Source: a virus. From it: DNA of 64,000 nucleotides. The notes beneath the pieces were generated by a model that did no database searches, was not told the DNA's origin, and worked only from the letters and a program-made list of their open reading frames with translations. The DNA is taken from the IMG/VR virus record IMGVR_UViG_3300028583_001558; one strand, 5' to 3'. Below, piece by piece: positions 48,885 to 58,557 of this stretch (the stretch's first letter is position 1; each line of letters starts with the position of its first letter). The position numbers were made by a program, and so were the translations under genes.

Positions 48885-49373
48885 TTGACACTATTCATTG
48901 CTTTTATTAAAGCCCTGCCCCAATTTCTACCGTTTCTACTCACATTATTAAAGGGGGAGAAGGCCAACATGTCCGGACATAAAGATCCCTCTAAGGGTCG
49001 AATGCTAATGCTTCTACTGGTTGTATCGCTAGTAGGAACAGGCATCCTGTATTTTGATGCGCGTGGTATTGAACTTGATCTTGCGGGTAAAGAAAAAGAA
49101 ATAGACGCCCTTAATAAAAAGGTCACGTCATTAAACCAAGAGATAGATCAAATGAAAAGGGACGGAGTACCCAGTCCTTCTCAAAATGCTATATTGCAAA
49201 AGCATGCTAACGACGCTATTCAATTTAAAGCAACGATCACTCATTTAGAAACACGCCTTGCTCAATGTAAGGCTAACGCCGCTACGGTCACACCACCTCC
49301 TATTGTTCAACCCTCAACGGGAGCCAATAGGCGTAGTATCTTGGATAAACTAAATCAAATAGGGAAAGACTAA
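48885..49373 (+). CDS. i-spanin-like membrane protein (second pair)
   Basis: TM helix LMLLLVVSLVGTGILYF, then coiled coil and Pro-rich tail. Confidence 0.55.
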   Translation: MTLFIAFIKALPQFLPFLLTLLKGEKANMSGHKDPSKGRMLMLLLVVSLVGTGILYFDARGIELDLAGKEKEIDALNKKVTSLNQEIDQMKRDGVPSPSQNAILQKHANDAIQFKATITHLETRLAQCKANAATVTPPPIVQPSTGANRRSILDKLNQIGKD

Positions 49374-49843
49374 TGCTTCGTCCTATCATCATTGCAACCA
49401 CCATATTGTTGGGAAGTTGTGTTAGCTCTAACCAGCCAGAAACCCCACCTCAGAATCATCCACTCGTAGATCCAATAGATCCACCCCCTACGATGGATAC
49501 CTTTATATGGAACTGGGACGCTGTTGATCAAGAGCATCCTGCTAAGCGCTACCTCAACGCGTTGAAGCGCTACCATGAGCGTCTAGAGCTTTACATCGTG
49601 CAGCTAGAGCGTGCATTGGAAGATAAAAGACACGAGGGTCCCTGTAGTCGTTTTATACCTTTTCCTGTTCCAGCTATTAAACCCTTACCGGAGTCCGTAG
49701 ACTTATCTACGTATAGTAACGAGGAAGAGGCATTTAATGCATTTGGGGAATATACACGTGAGCTTTACAACTATGCTTACAATCTCCGTGAGATTTACTT
49801 AGACGATGTTAAGCGTTTTAATCAACAGTGTGAAGTTAAGTAG
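49373..49843 (+). CDS. o-spanin-like lipoprotein (second pair)
   Basis: MLRPIIIATTILLGSC lipobox, Pro-rich linker, additional Cys residues; abuts the upstream gene. Confidence 0.6.
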   Translation: MLRPIIIATTILLGSCVSSNQPETPPQNHPLVDPIDPPPTMDTFIWNWDAVDQEHPAKRYLNALKRYHERLELYIVQLERALEDKRHEGPCSRFIPFPVPAIKPLPESVDLSTYSNEEEAFNAFGEYTRELYNYAYNLREIYLDDVKRFNQQCEVK

Positions 49844-49907
49844 GGGTTTACAGGCCTGGCTTATTTTTATAGAGACTTAAATTAAAAGTAATAATGGAAT
49901 GTAACCG

Positions 49908-51266
49908 ATGAGTAAACAAGAACCATCTTTAAGCGCCACGTTTTATAGCGACGGTGGGTGCAGAGGCCATAGCAGCGGTAAAGGTTACGCAGGATGGGGC
50001 TACCATGGCGAGATAGGCGACTATGTCTACGACGGTTGGGGTAGTATCAAAGAGTTAACAACTAACAATGTAGCTGAACTAGCGGCTGTAAAAGAAGTTG
50101 TTGATATCGCCAATCAAAACGATGTCAATGAACTTCTGGTTATCTCTGACTCACGTTATGTTGTTGACGGCATCAATGACCGTTATGAGAAATGGGAAGC
50201 TAACAACTGGTTACGTCACGATGGTGAGCCAGTTAAGAATCGGGATTATTGGGAAGCATTAGCTAACGCCCGAGCGGAATTCACAGGTAAAGGTAATCAG
50301 ATTACTTTTAAATGGACAAGAGCACACGTCGGTACCAAAGGCAATGAGATTGCTGATAAGAACGCAACTAAAGGCGTTATGTTATCTACCAACGGCCACC
50401 ATGTCTCTTTTCATGAATGTGTAGAGAAAGCAAAATACGGCAAAGATAAAGTTCCACCGTATAACCGACTCTTTAATCATAACTTCTGGTATTTCAACAC
50501 TAACACCATTAATCAAACCGAAACTGGTCATCATGTTTATTATTGTGGTAATCATGAGATTATCGGCAAGCCTGAATCTGATGCAGGTCATAGCGTTCTT
50601 TATTTAAAAGAACCTGATAGTGTGCTAGAGAAGTTACGTGATCACCAGAACCGTTATGTGGAAGAAGGCGAGCAGTTAATGTTCACTGGACACTTAACCG
50701 ATATCTTCTCGTCTAAGAATTACGGTGAACTAGTTAACAATGGTACAATTCATACCAGTCGTAAACCTAAGACGCGTAACATTCTTACTTTTAACAAACA
50801 ACCGCTGACTAGTGAAGTAAGGCCTGTAGGTCGTAGCTTTTACTTGCTTGATGTAATGAGTAACTTAGAAGAACGTTTGAAGAAAGTTATTGATGGTGAA
50901 CTGCCTGATAAATGGCGTTTGACTGATGTTACTGACAAATTCTATAGCCGTGTAACTAAAGGCAAAGGTAAAACCGAACGTGAAGTCTTTGAGTTTAGTA
51001 AAGAGCTTCCTACCGGCATTAAGTCTATTAACCTAGATGTTGAACACGGCGTGGGCCTTACGACAGGATTCACTGAAGTAACATTAACATTCGGCATTGA
51101 TATCCCATCAAGGAATGCGTTGGCTGCACTATCGAAAGAGATTAAACGCATTAGTATCTTAACTTGGCCAGCATCTAAGACATCCTTTAACTATGGATTC
51201 ATTTTAGAAACTGAGGACGATATTGGTATTTGGGCCTGCGGCTATTCCAATACGCGTATCATCTAA
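49908..51266 (+). CDS. rnhA: Ribonuclease HI with C-terminal extension (phiKZ gp155-like)
   Basis: FYSDGGC, TNNVAEL, SDSRYV, W..NNW......KNRDYW, WTRAHVGTKGNEIAD. Confidence 0.9.
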   Translation: MSKQEPSLSATFYSDGGCRGHSSGKGYAGWGYHGEIGDYVYDGWGSIKELTTNNVAELAAVKEVVDIANQNDVNELLVISDSRYVVDGINDRYEKWEANNWLRHDGEPVKNRDYWEALANARAEFTGKGNQITFKWTRAHVGTKGNEIADKNATKGVMLSTNGHHVSFHECVEKAKYGKDKVPPYNRLFNHNFWYFNTNTINQTETGHHVYYCGNHEIIGKPESDAGHSVLYLKEPDSVLEKLRDHQNRYVEEGEQLMFTGHLTDIFSSKNYGELVNNGTIHTSRKPKTRNILTFNKQPLTSEVRPVGRSFYLLDVMSNLEERLKKVIDGELPDKWRLTDVTDKFYSRVTKGKGKTEREVFEFSKELPTGIKSINLDVEHGVGLTTGFTEVTLTFGIDIPSRNALAALSKEIKRISILTWPASKTSFNYGFILETEDDIGIWACGYSNTRII

Positions 51267-51279
51267 CAGGAGGTGACGT

Positions 51280-51711
51280 ATGTCTGTATCCACCGCATTA
51301 TGCAAACGCTTCATGCCGGATATGATGAAACGTCTTTTCTACATTACCACATTGTTTACCTTTCTGGTTCGTAGGAGTCATCGAGAAGTTAACTATAGTC
51401 GTCTTTATGGTGTCTGTTTAGATTGGACACCTAATGATGAAACGTTTAATTTACCGGCTTTGTTTACTGAGACAATATGGAGAGATACTCCATTAGGCCA
51501 AAAGATATCTGAAGAAGTAGTAACGCATAACCAGATATCTATGGATGACATAGAACGCTCAGTACCAGATTGGCTTAAGTACGGCTACAATAGCGACCTC
51601 ATGCAGGAAGACACGTTGCTGGTGTACCGTGTAGTATTAATGGAGTTAAATGATCCGTCGGTTAGGCGGGTGAGTGATGCGGAATTTGAGAGGTATATTG
51701 CAGGGCATTGA
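51280..51711 (+). CDS. Hypothetical protein
   Basis: 143 aa; RBS AGGAGG. Confidence 0.65.
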   Translation: MSVSTALCKRFMPDMMKRLFYITTLFTFLVRRSHREVNYSRLYGVCLDWTPNDETFNLPALFTETIWRDTPLGQKISEEVVTHNQISMDDIERSVPDWLKYGYNSDLMQEDTLLVYRVVLMELNDPSVRRVSDAEFERYIAGH

Positions 51712-51729
51712 TGCCCTGCTTTATGCCGT
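51700..51729 (+). terminator. Hairpin + TTATGCCGT element
   Basis: GCAGGGCAT/ATGCCCTGC stem; motif at 51721. Confidence 0.65.
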
Positions 51730-51795
51730 GTGTGTTTAAATCGACAGATGTCTTTCATTATTTGAGATGATCTTTACTAACTATAAGGCCCCATT

Positions 51796-53262
51796 ATGGC
51801 AAATCCAAGTGACTTCTTTGTCAGTGTACCAAAAATAAGACCAATGCTAAACGTTGGCAGTCTATTTGACGTCCAGTCAGGTAGTTATCAGGTTGGCGAG
51901 CATGGCGAGCATATACTCAACGGCGGCTACCCTCACTTTCTTGGCATCTGTGGTCGTGCCAACACATATAAGACCACTGTCATGAATCACTTCAACTTAA
52001 GCGCCACCGAGCGCTATGGTGATGTGTTCAACAAGGCAGGACAACAATCAGTCTGTCTAGTTTACGATAGTGAATCATCGTTAACTCCAGCTCGTATTGA
52101 ACACTTAGGTAATTTCTATCCTGGATTAAAAGGATGGGATGTAGAAGAGACTGGTGCGGTTCTAGTGACCGATAACAACGGGATGAGTGGTAACCACTAC
52201 TTCCACCAGATTAAAGAGTTTGCTAAAGCAAAGGTTAAAGATAAGAAAGCTATCCTCACCACACCGTTTATCGGTAAAGACGGAAAGCACCTTACTATGC
52301 TAAGACCTACCATGGCAGGGATTGACTCTATCTCCAACATGAACATTGATTCGGTTGATGCGATTTACGATAAGAATCAGATTGGTGATTCTAAAATGAA
52401 CATGGAGGCAGCTCGCGTAGGTGCCGCTAAGAGTCAAATGGTAATTCAGATACCTAAGCTGGTATCTAGTAGTGGTTTTTACATGACCATGACAGCTCAC
52501 CTAGGTGATGAAATCTTAGATGACCCATATGCTCCATCTAAGAAGAAACTACAGTTCCTTAAACAGGGTACTAAGCTTAAAAGATGTCCTGAGAATTTCA
52601 CATTCTTAACTAACATCCTTTACAACTGCATGAGCGCTACACCGCTTCAGAATAAAGCAGATAAGACACCTCTATTTCCTCGTGACAGCGATGACCGCAC
52701 ACCAGGTGATATGGATCTACAATTAATCACTATTCAAGTATTGCGTTCTAAAAGTGGTGCGACTGGTTTACCGTTTGAGATCATTGCCTCACAGCGTGAC
52801 GGTCTACACATGGGACTTAGTGAATTCCGTTACATCAAAGAGCGTAAGTTTGGCTTAGATGGTAACGACCTTAAATACGCATTGAGTATTTATCCAGATC
52901 GCTTGCTACAGCGCACTACCGTGCGTGGTCTGATAGATAATGACCCTAAGCTTAAACGTGCTTTGGAGATTACCTGCGAACTTTGCATGATTAGCCAGCT
53001 ATGGAAAGGGATGGGTGATATTGTTTTAGAGCCAGAATATCTCTTTAAGGCTATCAACGACCTAGGTGTGAGTTGGGATGTTATTCTTGGCGATACGCGT
53101 GGGTACTGGCTACCTAAAGAGCTAGAAGAACATGAAGACAAGTACTTCCTTTCTACAATAGACCTTTGTCTTCTAGCTCGCAAGCAGTACTATCCTTACT
53201 GGTGGGACGACTACTGTAAGAGTAAGGGTATGGAAAATACGCTTAAGAAACAATTTGCCTAA
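51796..53262 (+). CDS. uvsX: UvsX/RecA-like recombinase (phiKZ gp152-like)
   Basis: Walker A-like GRANTYKT, YDSESS, Walker B-like IDSIS; about 490 aa as in phiKZ-like phages. Confidence 0.8.
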   Translation: MANPSDFFVSVPKIRPMLNVGSLFDVQSGSYQVGEHGEHILNGGYPHFLGICGRANTYKTTVMNHFNLSATERYGDVFNKAGQQSVCLVYDSESSLTPARIEHLGNFYPGLKGWDVEETGAVLVTDNNGMSGNHYFHQIKEFAKAKVKDKKAILTTPFIGKDGKHLTMLRPTMAGIDSISNMNIDSVDAIYDKNQIGDSKMNMEAARVGAAKSQMVIQIPKLVSSSGFYMTMTAHLGDEILDDPYAPSKKKLQFLKQGTKLKRCPENFTFLTNILYNCMSATPLQNKADKTPLFPRDSDDRTPGDMDLQLITIQVLRSKSGATGLPFEIIASQRDGLHMGLSEFRYIKERKFGLDGNDLKYALSIYPDRLLQRTTVRGLIDNDPKLKRALEITCELCMISQLWKGMGDIVLEPEYLFKAINDLGVSWDVILGDTRGYWLPKELEEHEDKYFLSTIDLCLLARKQYYPYWWDDYCKSKGMENTLKKQFA

Positions 53263-53271
53263 GGAGTCGGT

Positions 53272-53574
53272 ATGAAACGTTTTTGGCTATTTGCAGGCAC
53301 CGGTCAACCTAAAGGCGGGATGGGTGATTTTCAAACAGGCGCTCAACAACCTAAAGCACTTTTAACGTGGTTAGAAAAGAACGCAACTAATGAAACCATA
53401 CAAGGTATACCTTTTGTTTGGTTTGAAATTGTTGACGTTACCACTAACACGGTTAGAGTACGAGGTCACCGCGCGTTCACTAGCGACTCGGCTATTGAAA
53501 AGGGTGTAGACTATTATAACTACGATACGAGCAAAGGACGATGGACCAAGTTGAAGAACAAGCCCTCTTCATAG
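53272..53574 (+). CDS. Hypothetical protein
   Basis: 100 aa; RFWLFAG....KGGMGDF; RBS AAGGAG. Confidence 0.6.
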   Translation: MKRFWLFAGTGQPKGGMGDFQTGAQQPKALLTWLEKNATNETIQGIPFVWFEIVDVTTNTVRVRGHRAFTSDSAIEKGVDYYNYDTSKGRWTKLKNKPSS

Positions 53575-53918
53575 GGGGTTCACGCGGATTCGTTAGTTAT
53601 CATCTCTTATGTAGAACCATTGCTTACTTGGTTAAGATAGGTGTCCTCAAAGACACCTTCACCATAGTAAGTGGTGGGGCTAGGGGAGCTGATACGTTAG
53701 CTAGGGAATATGCTGAGATTAATGGTCTTAAGTTTATTGAATTTAAGGCACGGTGGGATCTGTATGGGAAATCAGCAGGCTTTAAGCGTAATAAAACAAT
53801 GGTTGATGTTTCTGATATTTGCCTTTTCTTTTGGGATGGGGTGAGTAAAGGTACTAAGCATGCGTTTGACTATGCCTATAAGCAAAATCCTGACAATACG
53901 TTTATTGTACTATACTAG
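53541..53918 (+). CDS. SLOG-superfamily protein (YspA/DUF2493-like)
   Basis: IVSGGARGADTLAREYA, A.W..YGKSAGFKRN, FWDGVSKGT. Confidence 0.8.
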   Translation: MDQVEEQALFIGGSRGFVSYHLLCRTIAYLVKIGVLKDTFTIVSGGARGADTLAREYAEINGLKFIEFKARWDLYGKSAGFKRNKTMVDVSDICLFFWDGVSKGTKHAFDYAYKQNPDNTFIVLY

Positions 53919-53926
53919 AGGCGACT

Positions 53927-54340
53927 ATGAATACTATATTTGACCTAAGTGAAGAAGGTCGTATTAACGCTATTAATTTCCTTTCTATGTTAGGTGTTAA
54001 ATTCGACCACGACGACACGTATAAAGTAGTAGAAGAAGCTAACGCCCGCGCTATCCCCGAGCTGTTTGAAAAGGCAGTACGGTGTGAGAGTTACTGCGAC
54101 TATCTAATTATCAAAGCCATGTTCTTAAGAGCCGGTGCCGGTGAATGGCCATGGCATAGTGGTTATAAGAACCCTGCCAGCGATATCCACGAATGTCCCT
54201 ATTATGGATGGGAACATGCTGGTTTCATGAAACATATTTTTAAGCCAAGCGAAGTGCAAGTTATCAGCTTGGGTGAATTAATTTCAATTGTGATGCGTGA
54301 TAAAGGATCTACCCATGCAGTTACGTTACAACCTACTTGA
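53927..54340 (+). CDS. Hypothetical protein
   Basis: 137 aa; RBS GAGG. Confidence 0.6.
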   Translation: MNTIFDLSEEGRINAINFLSMLGVKFDHDDTYKVVEEANARAIPELFEKAVRCESYCDYLIIKAMFLRAGAGEWPWHSGYKNPASDIHECPYYGWEHAGFMKHIFKPSEVQVISLGELISIVMRDKGSTHAVTLQPT

Positions 54341-54354
54341 TAGAGGGTAGTGAT

Positions 54355-54675
54355 ATGGCATTACACGATGAAGTCTATTACTACTTGTCCAGAAAAAACA
54401 AAGCTATAGCTGAAGCTTTTCGACAACAATATAATCCTACAGATGCTCATCCGCGAAGCCGTACTCACCTAACACGTCTTAATTGTTTCTGGCACATGCA
54501 TCTAGGTACTGTTACTAATACAGATACTGTCGAGATAAGAAGCTACCTTAACGATAATGTAAGTCAAGACCAATGGATTATTGACTTTGTTCAATACGTT
54601 GTCCCGTTTGTCATAGAACACCAATTATTATTAAATCATCAAATCTACGACGACCTACCGCCGTGGCATGAATAG
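54355..54675 (+). CDS. Hypothetical protein
   Basis: Likely start MALH after GAGGG. Confidence 0.55.
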   Translation: MALHDEVYYYLSRKNKAIAEAFRQQYNPTDAHPRSRTHLTRLNCFWHMHLGTVTNTDTVEIRSYLNDNVSQDQWIIDFVQYVVPFVIEHQLLLNHQIYDDLPPWHE

Positions 54676-54686
54676 GAAATTCTGTT

Positions 54687-55142
54687 ATGCGAGCCAAATA
54701 CTGCCATCACCATGTGCGTATCAAGCAGCAGCTTTTAGATTCTACATGTGATAGAACATACAGAGATGTACTAGAAGACCAATGTCGTATCGCGCTTATG
54801 CGATATCTTTTAGGAAAGGGCGACTTAGCCTTTGATCAACTAGGAGCCGAAGAACTGTGTCGCCGTGTTGAAACTATATCAAAACACGAATTAGACGCAT
54901 TGAGCATCCAGGGTTTCTTCTCAGCCTTTGACAACGGTCACCGCGAAGCCAGCGCGTTATTATGCTGTGCTGTTGCTATTGAAATGGGTGAAGAGGATGT
55001 AACGTTCCTTTACGAACTACTAATGGATGAGAAGCAGTGTGTCTTTGCTCAACTACCTGGGGTGGTTAAACGCAGTCAATGGTCTCGTAGTTTAAGTGAG
55101 TTTCTTAGCCAAAACATACCGTTACTTAAAGCATCGGTATGA
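54687..55142 (+). CDS. Hypothetical protein
   Basis: 151 aa upstream of the vRNAP subunit. Confidence 0.55.
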   Translation: MRAKYCHHHVRIKQQLLDSTCDRTYRDVLEDQCRIALMRYLLGKGDLAFDQLGAEELCRRVETISKHELDALSIQGFFSAFDNGHREASALLCCAVAIEMGEEDVTFLYELLMDEKQCVFAQLPGVVKRSQWSRSLSEFLSQNIPLLKASV

Positions 55143-55175
55143 GACCAACTACCGTATCATTAAGAGAAAGACATT

Positions 55176-55844
55176 ATGGCTAATCGTAAAAAAGCAGAAG
55201 CATTTATCCTTGAATATATGGATAAGATCTTACCAGGGGGTGAGAATAAAGCCTTATACGAGGAAATGTTTAAGGGAATGAGTGATCGTGCTTTTGCAGC
55301 GTTAATGCAGAAGATTAAAGATGGATTTGTACTTCCTATCATCGCACCTAACCTCAACGAAGCTAAGCTAGATACCACACGTAATGTTAAGATTGCTAAA
55401 GCGCTTGGGCATAGCTTCTTTGAACGTATTGTACTGACTGATACTGATACGGGCGAAACCTATACGACACCTCATGAGTACATGGTGGTTGACATGCCTG
55501 TACGACGTCAGTCTCAGTTGCTAGATAAGAAAATGTCTACACCTGCTAACAATAACGTAGTTGACGAGCTGACAGGTCAAGCAACCGGTATCTCTAAAGG
55601 GTCTGCATTATCGTTCCCTGAACTTGGTGTACTTCTATCTATCGGGGTGGATAGCGCTATTGAAGAGTTAATTAAACTTCGTGGTGGGGATGAGGTAGCT
55701 TTTAATGAGATGAATCGTCAGATCCTAGAAACAGGTGAAGCAGACATTGAAAGTATCAAAGCCCTAGGTTCTAAAGTAAAATCAACTGAAACATTAAGTG
55801 CTATATTGACAGGCATGCATTTAAGGAATAACCTAAATGAATGA
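55176..55844 (+). CDS. Virion RNA polymerase beta subunit, C-terminal fragment (phiKZ gp149-like)
   Basis: 222 aa; PVRRQSQLLDKK, DELTGQATG.SKGSALSFPE and ELIKLRGGD resemble the beta C-terminal region. Confidence 0.8.
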   Translation: MANRKKAEAFILEYMDKILPGGENKALYEEMFKGMSDRAFAALMQKIKDGFVLPIIAPNLNEAKLDTTRNVKIAKALGHSFFERIVLTDTDTGETYTTPHEYMVVDMPVRRQSQLLDKKMSTPANNNVVDELTGQATGISKGSALSFPELGVLLSIGVDSAIEELIKLRGGDEVAFNEMNRQILETGEADIESIKALGSKVKSTETLSAILTGMHLRNNLNE

Positions 55845-56310
55845 TAAAGAATTGATGCTAGATGTTATTAGCAGTTTGAACAATATAACGTCTAGTACAC
55901 TGGCTAACTTAACAAAAAAGAAAAGTCAATCAGCTATTGCTAAGCTTTACGAGATAAACAGTCGTTTTAATTTCACACGTGTCTTTGAGAAAGAAGACGT
56001 AAAAAAGATTTGGGACATTATTCGTAATGACAATGAGTCATTGGTCACACTGGAACGAATTATTACGCAGTGGCGTTTAAGTAGCTTTGAGAACGATGAT
56101 GCGCTTAAGCGTGTTAATGCGTTAATAGCAACCAGCGTTGTCCATGCTAATGCTGCTGGAAGTCTCACTGACGACGCGTATAGAGAACCGGTACCAGACC
56201 ATGTGGTTATAGAAACGTTATATACCGGTAACTTATGGTTGACGGTATTGTTTCTAATGCAGATGTGTCCTGATATTCTAGCGTTGTTTTCTGAATTAAG
56301 TAAGGGATAG
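55837..56310 (+). CDS. Hypothetical protein
   Basis: 157 aa, translationally coupled. Confidence 0.6.
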   Translation: MNDKELMLDVISSLNNITSSTLANLTKKKSQSAIAKLYEINSRFNFTRVFEKEDVKKIWDIIRNDNESLVTLERIITQWRLSSFENDDALKRVNALIATSVVHANAAGSLTDDAYREPVPDHVVIETLYTGNLWLTVLFLMQMCPDILALFSELSKG

Positions 56311-56313
56311 GTA

Positions 56314-57036
56314 ATGAGTAACCAGACTGTTTATGTAGAACTTAATACGCTGATGGATACTCGCCTTGCTTGTGTAGAAAGTATCTACGATGCAAATACA
56401 GCACAGGAGTTATTAAAAGGCGCGTATGATAAGCGTGTAAGCGATGATTGGTCGGCCATTCTACCTAAGCTGTCTACAAAGGCTATTGAGGATCTTTATA
56501 CTCACCATGACATTACTATACTAGCCCGTGCAATGATGACTAACATGGTTAGCGTGTTAAAGGACTTCATTGCTGAGGTTAACAAAGGTACGTCAGGCAA
56601 TCCCTTAGCCGACCCGGTATCCATCCATATCAACACGGCCCCCTATAACCTACCAGAGTCTCACTGTCAGGTTATTGTCAATAGCATTGCTCACCACGTT
56701 GGTATTACGGATATAAAGACTATTAACGTCCCTCGCCATATTACCACGCCAGCATTCTTCCAAGGCACTTACAAGACAGTGTTTATGTATGACTTTATAC
56801 CGTGGTTCACCATGCATCATAACGCCCTACGTAAACAGCATCTATCTGAGATGGTGTGGTATGTCCCTAAGTTAAAGGCATTTGGCGAGGCGGCACAAAA
56901 CATGGAAGCGTCCCTTGACGAGACAGCCACCATGTTCTTTAAGAAAATGAATGTATGGGACGCAGCCACCATTGCATTAACAGGGTATATGAATCTGCAG
57001 TTTCTAGATATAAAAGCATTTAACATGTATACCTAG
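56314..57036 (+). CDS. Hypothetical protein (degenerate HAD-like N-terminus)
   Basis: VYVELNTLMDTRL; 240 aa. Confidence 0.55.
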   Translation: MSNQTVYVELNTLMDTRLACVESIYDANTAQELLKGAYDKRVSDDWSAILPKLSTKAIEDLYTHHDITILARAMMTNMVSVLKDFIAEVNKGTSGNPLADPVSIHINTAPYNLPESHCQVIVNSIAHHVGITDIKTINVPRHITTPAFFQGTYKTVFMYDFIPWFTMHHNALRKQHLSEMVWYVPKLKAFGEAAQNMEASLDETATMFFKKMNVWDAATIALTGYMNLQFLDIKAFNMYT

Positions 57037-57449
57037 TCAAACTTCTTCATAAACTCCTCGTAGTTAAGATCGCTAACACCTACGTCTAGCTCACCTTCAA
57101 CCAATGTTGGTTCAGGTAATGCATTATCAGGCAGGGTGTTAATGACTTTCTCATGTCTCCCTGCTTCAGCTTGAAACGGATTGTTGCCGCCTGTCTTCGC
57201 CATAATCTTCGCTGCCATAATCGCAGCAGCGTTGTCTTGCTCGCTTTGTTTGGAATCTTGTTCCATACGCTTCATAGCAAGGGCGGTGGTATCGGCACCG
57301 TTAACCAATTCAAGCAACACACGACGATCTCGGTTATTATTAGGCATGCCGTCTTTGGTCATGTCTTCTAGAATCGCCATTCGCGTGCGCTGTGTTAGGG
57401 ACAGGACCTCATCTTCTGTGCGGTCCTTCATTGTATCAAGTAAAGACAT
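57033..57449 (-). CDS. Hypothetical protein
   Basis: 138 aa; RBS GGAGG. Confidence 0.65.
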   Translation of the reverse strand: MSLLDTMKDRTEDEVLSLTQRTRMAILEDMTKDGMPNNNRDRRVLLELVNGADTTALAMKRMEQDSKQSEQDNAAAIMAAKIMAKTGGNNPFQAEAGRHEKVINTLPDNALPEPTLVEGELDVGVSDLNYEEFMKKFD

Positions 57450-57483
57450 AGAAGCCTCCCTAGGATTCGTATAAATTATTCAC

Positions 57484-57492
57484 CTACATTAC
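57484..57492 (+). promoter_or_regulatory. CTACATTAC putative early promoter
   Basis: Intergenic, upstream of 57530. Confidence 0.5.
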
Positions 57493-57529
57493 ATAGGTGA
57501 GTTGTAATAACTATAGCAATGAGGTAAAT

Positions 57530-58060
57530 ATGAAAGCACCCTCTCGCTGGTATAGGCTTAAACTGTGGCTACGAATAGTCCTATTCAGGACGCAGTTTAA
57601 AACCATGCGTAATAGTATGAACGCTAAAGTTCTTGGTGGTTTGGTCTCACTGTACACGTCTCGTGACTTCGCTTTCTACCGTCCTAAAGACGGCAAAGCT
57701 ATTACGATGATAGTATGGCACCGCAACGCTGAGCAAATGTTAGAGTTCATAAACATTGTTAAAGACGCCGTTGAAAAGAATGCAGAGATACCTGCTGAAG
57801 CAATGGCATTAACGAGTAGACGCACCACCTTAACCTTGGACGCCTGGCTGGTAGATGACGAGCAATACGACATCGATATCCAACGGTTTTGGGAAGCATT
57901 GAGTGAAGCAGTTACTCCTATCCACGACATTCTAATGGTCATGGAAAAAGAAAATACCGCTCGCTACAGTTATTATTCTCGACGGATGATGCGTTTATTT
58001 CAAGACATAGGACAAATGCTGGAGGCACTTGAAAAAGTGATTTTAAACGATTATGTTTGA
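57530..58060 (+). CDS. Hypothetical protein
   Basis: Start MKAP after GAGG; preceded by CTACATTAC. Confidence 0.6.
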   Translation: MKAPSRWYRLKLWLRIVLFRTQFKTMRNSMNAKVLGGLVSLYTSRDFAFYRPKDGKAITMIVWHRNAEQMLEFINIVKDAVEKNAEIPAEAMALTSRRTTLTLDAWLVDDEQYDIDIQRFWEALSEAVTPIHDILMVMEKENTARYSYYSRRMMRLFQDIGQMLEALEKVILNDYV

Positions 58061-58448
58061 CGACAGATATAGCGTGAATGAAATACTACAAGATTCTAAT
58101 AAAAAGACACTATCGGCTAGAGGCGCGTTGAGTCGATTGTTTCGAGTAATCTTGGATGATTTTAATATCACCCCAATGGGATGGAACCGCCGTATGGATA
58201 CGTATCTCAACGATCCAGTCAATGGTCTACCTCGATCTGGTAAGCCTAGACACACGGCACGTGGCAATATTAATAAACAAATGGCATCTGACCCGATGAC
58301 CATTAAAACGTTTCTTAAGATGATGCGATTCTTAGGTGCGACTCGTATACGCTTTAGCGTAGAACTTACTATTCGCAAGAAGGTAACGCAACACAGTGTT
58401 GAACTGCAGTTCTCGGAACATCAAGAACCAGATGAACATGAAAAATAA
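58053..58448 (+). CDS. Hypothetical protein, possible DNA-binding
   Basis: 131 aa; basic and helical. Confidence 0.55.
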   Translation: MFDDRYSVNEILQDSNKKTLSARGALSRLFRVILDDFNITPMGWNRRMDTYLNDPVNGLPRSGKPRHTARGNINKQMASDPMTIKTFLKMMRFLGATRIRFSVELTIRKKVTQHSVELQFSEHQEPDEHEK

Positions 58449-58557
58449 ACAATAAGCTACGCCCTTAAAAAACTATAACGATGCGTCGACCTATCTGCTT
58501 GCAGGTAGGCTCGACCATTGTATTCACTTTCTTTTTTTGCATTGAAGGAGACCTTGT

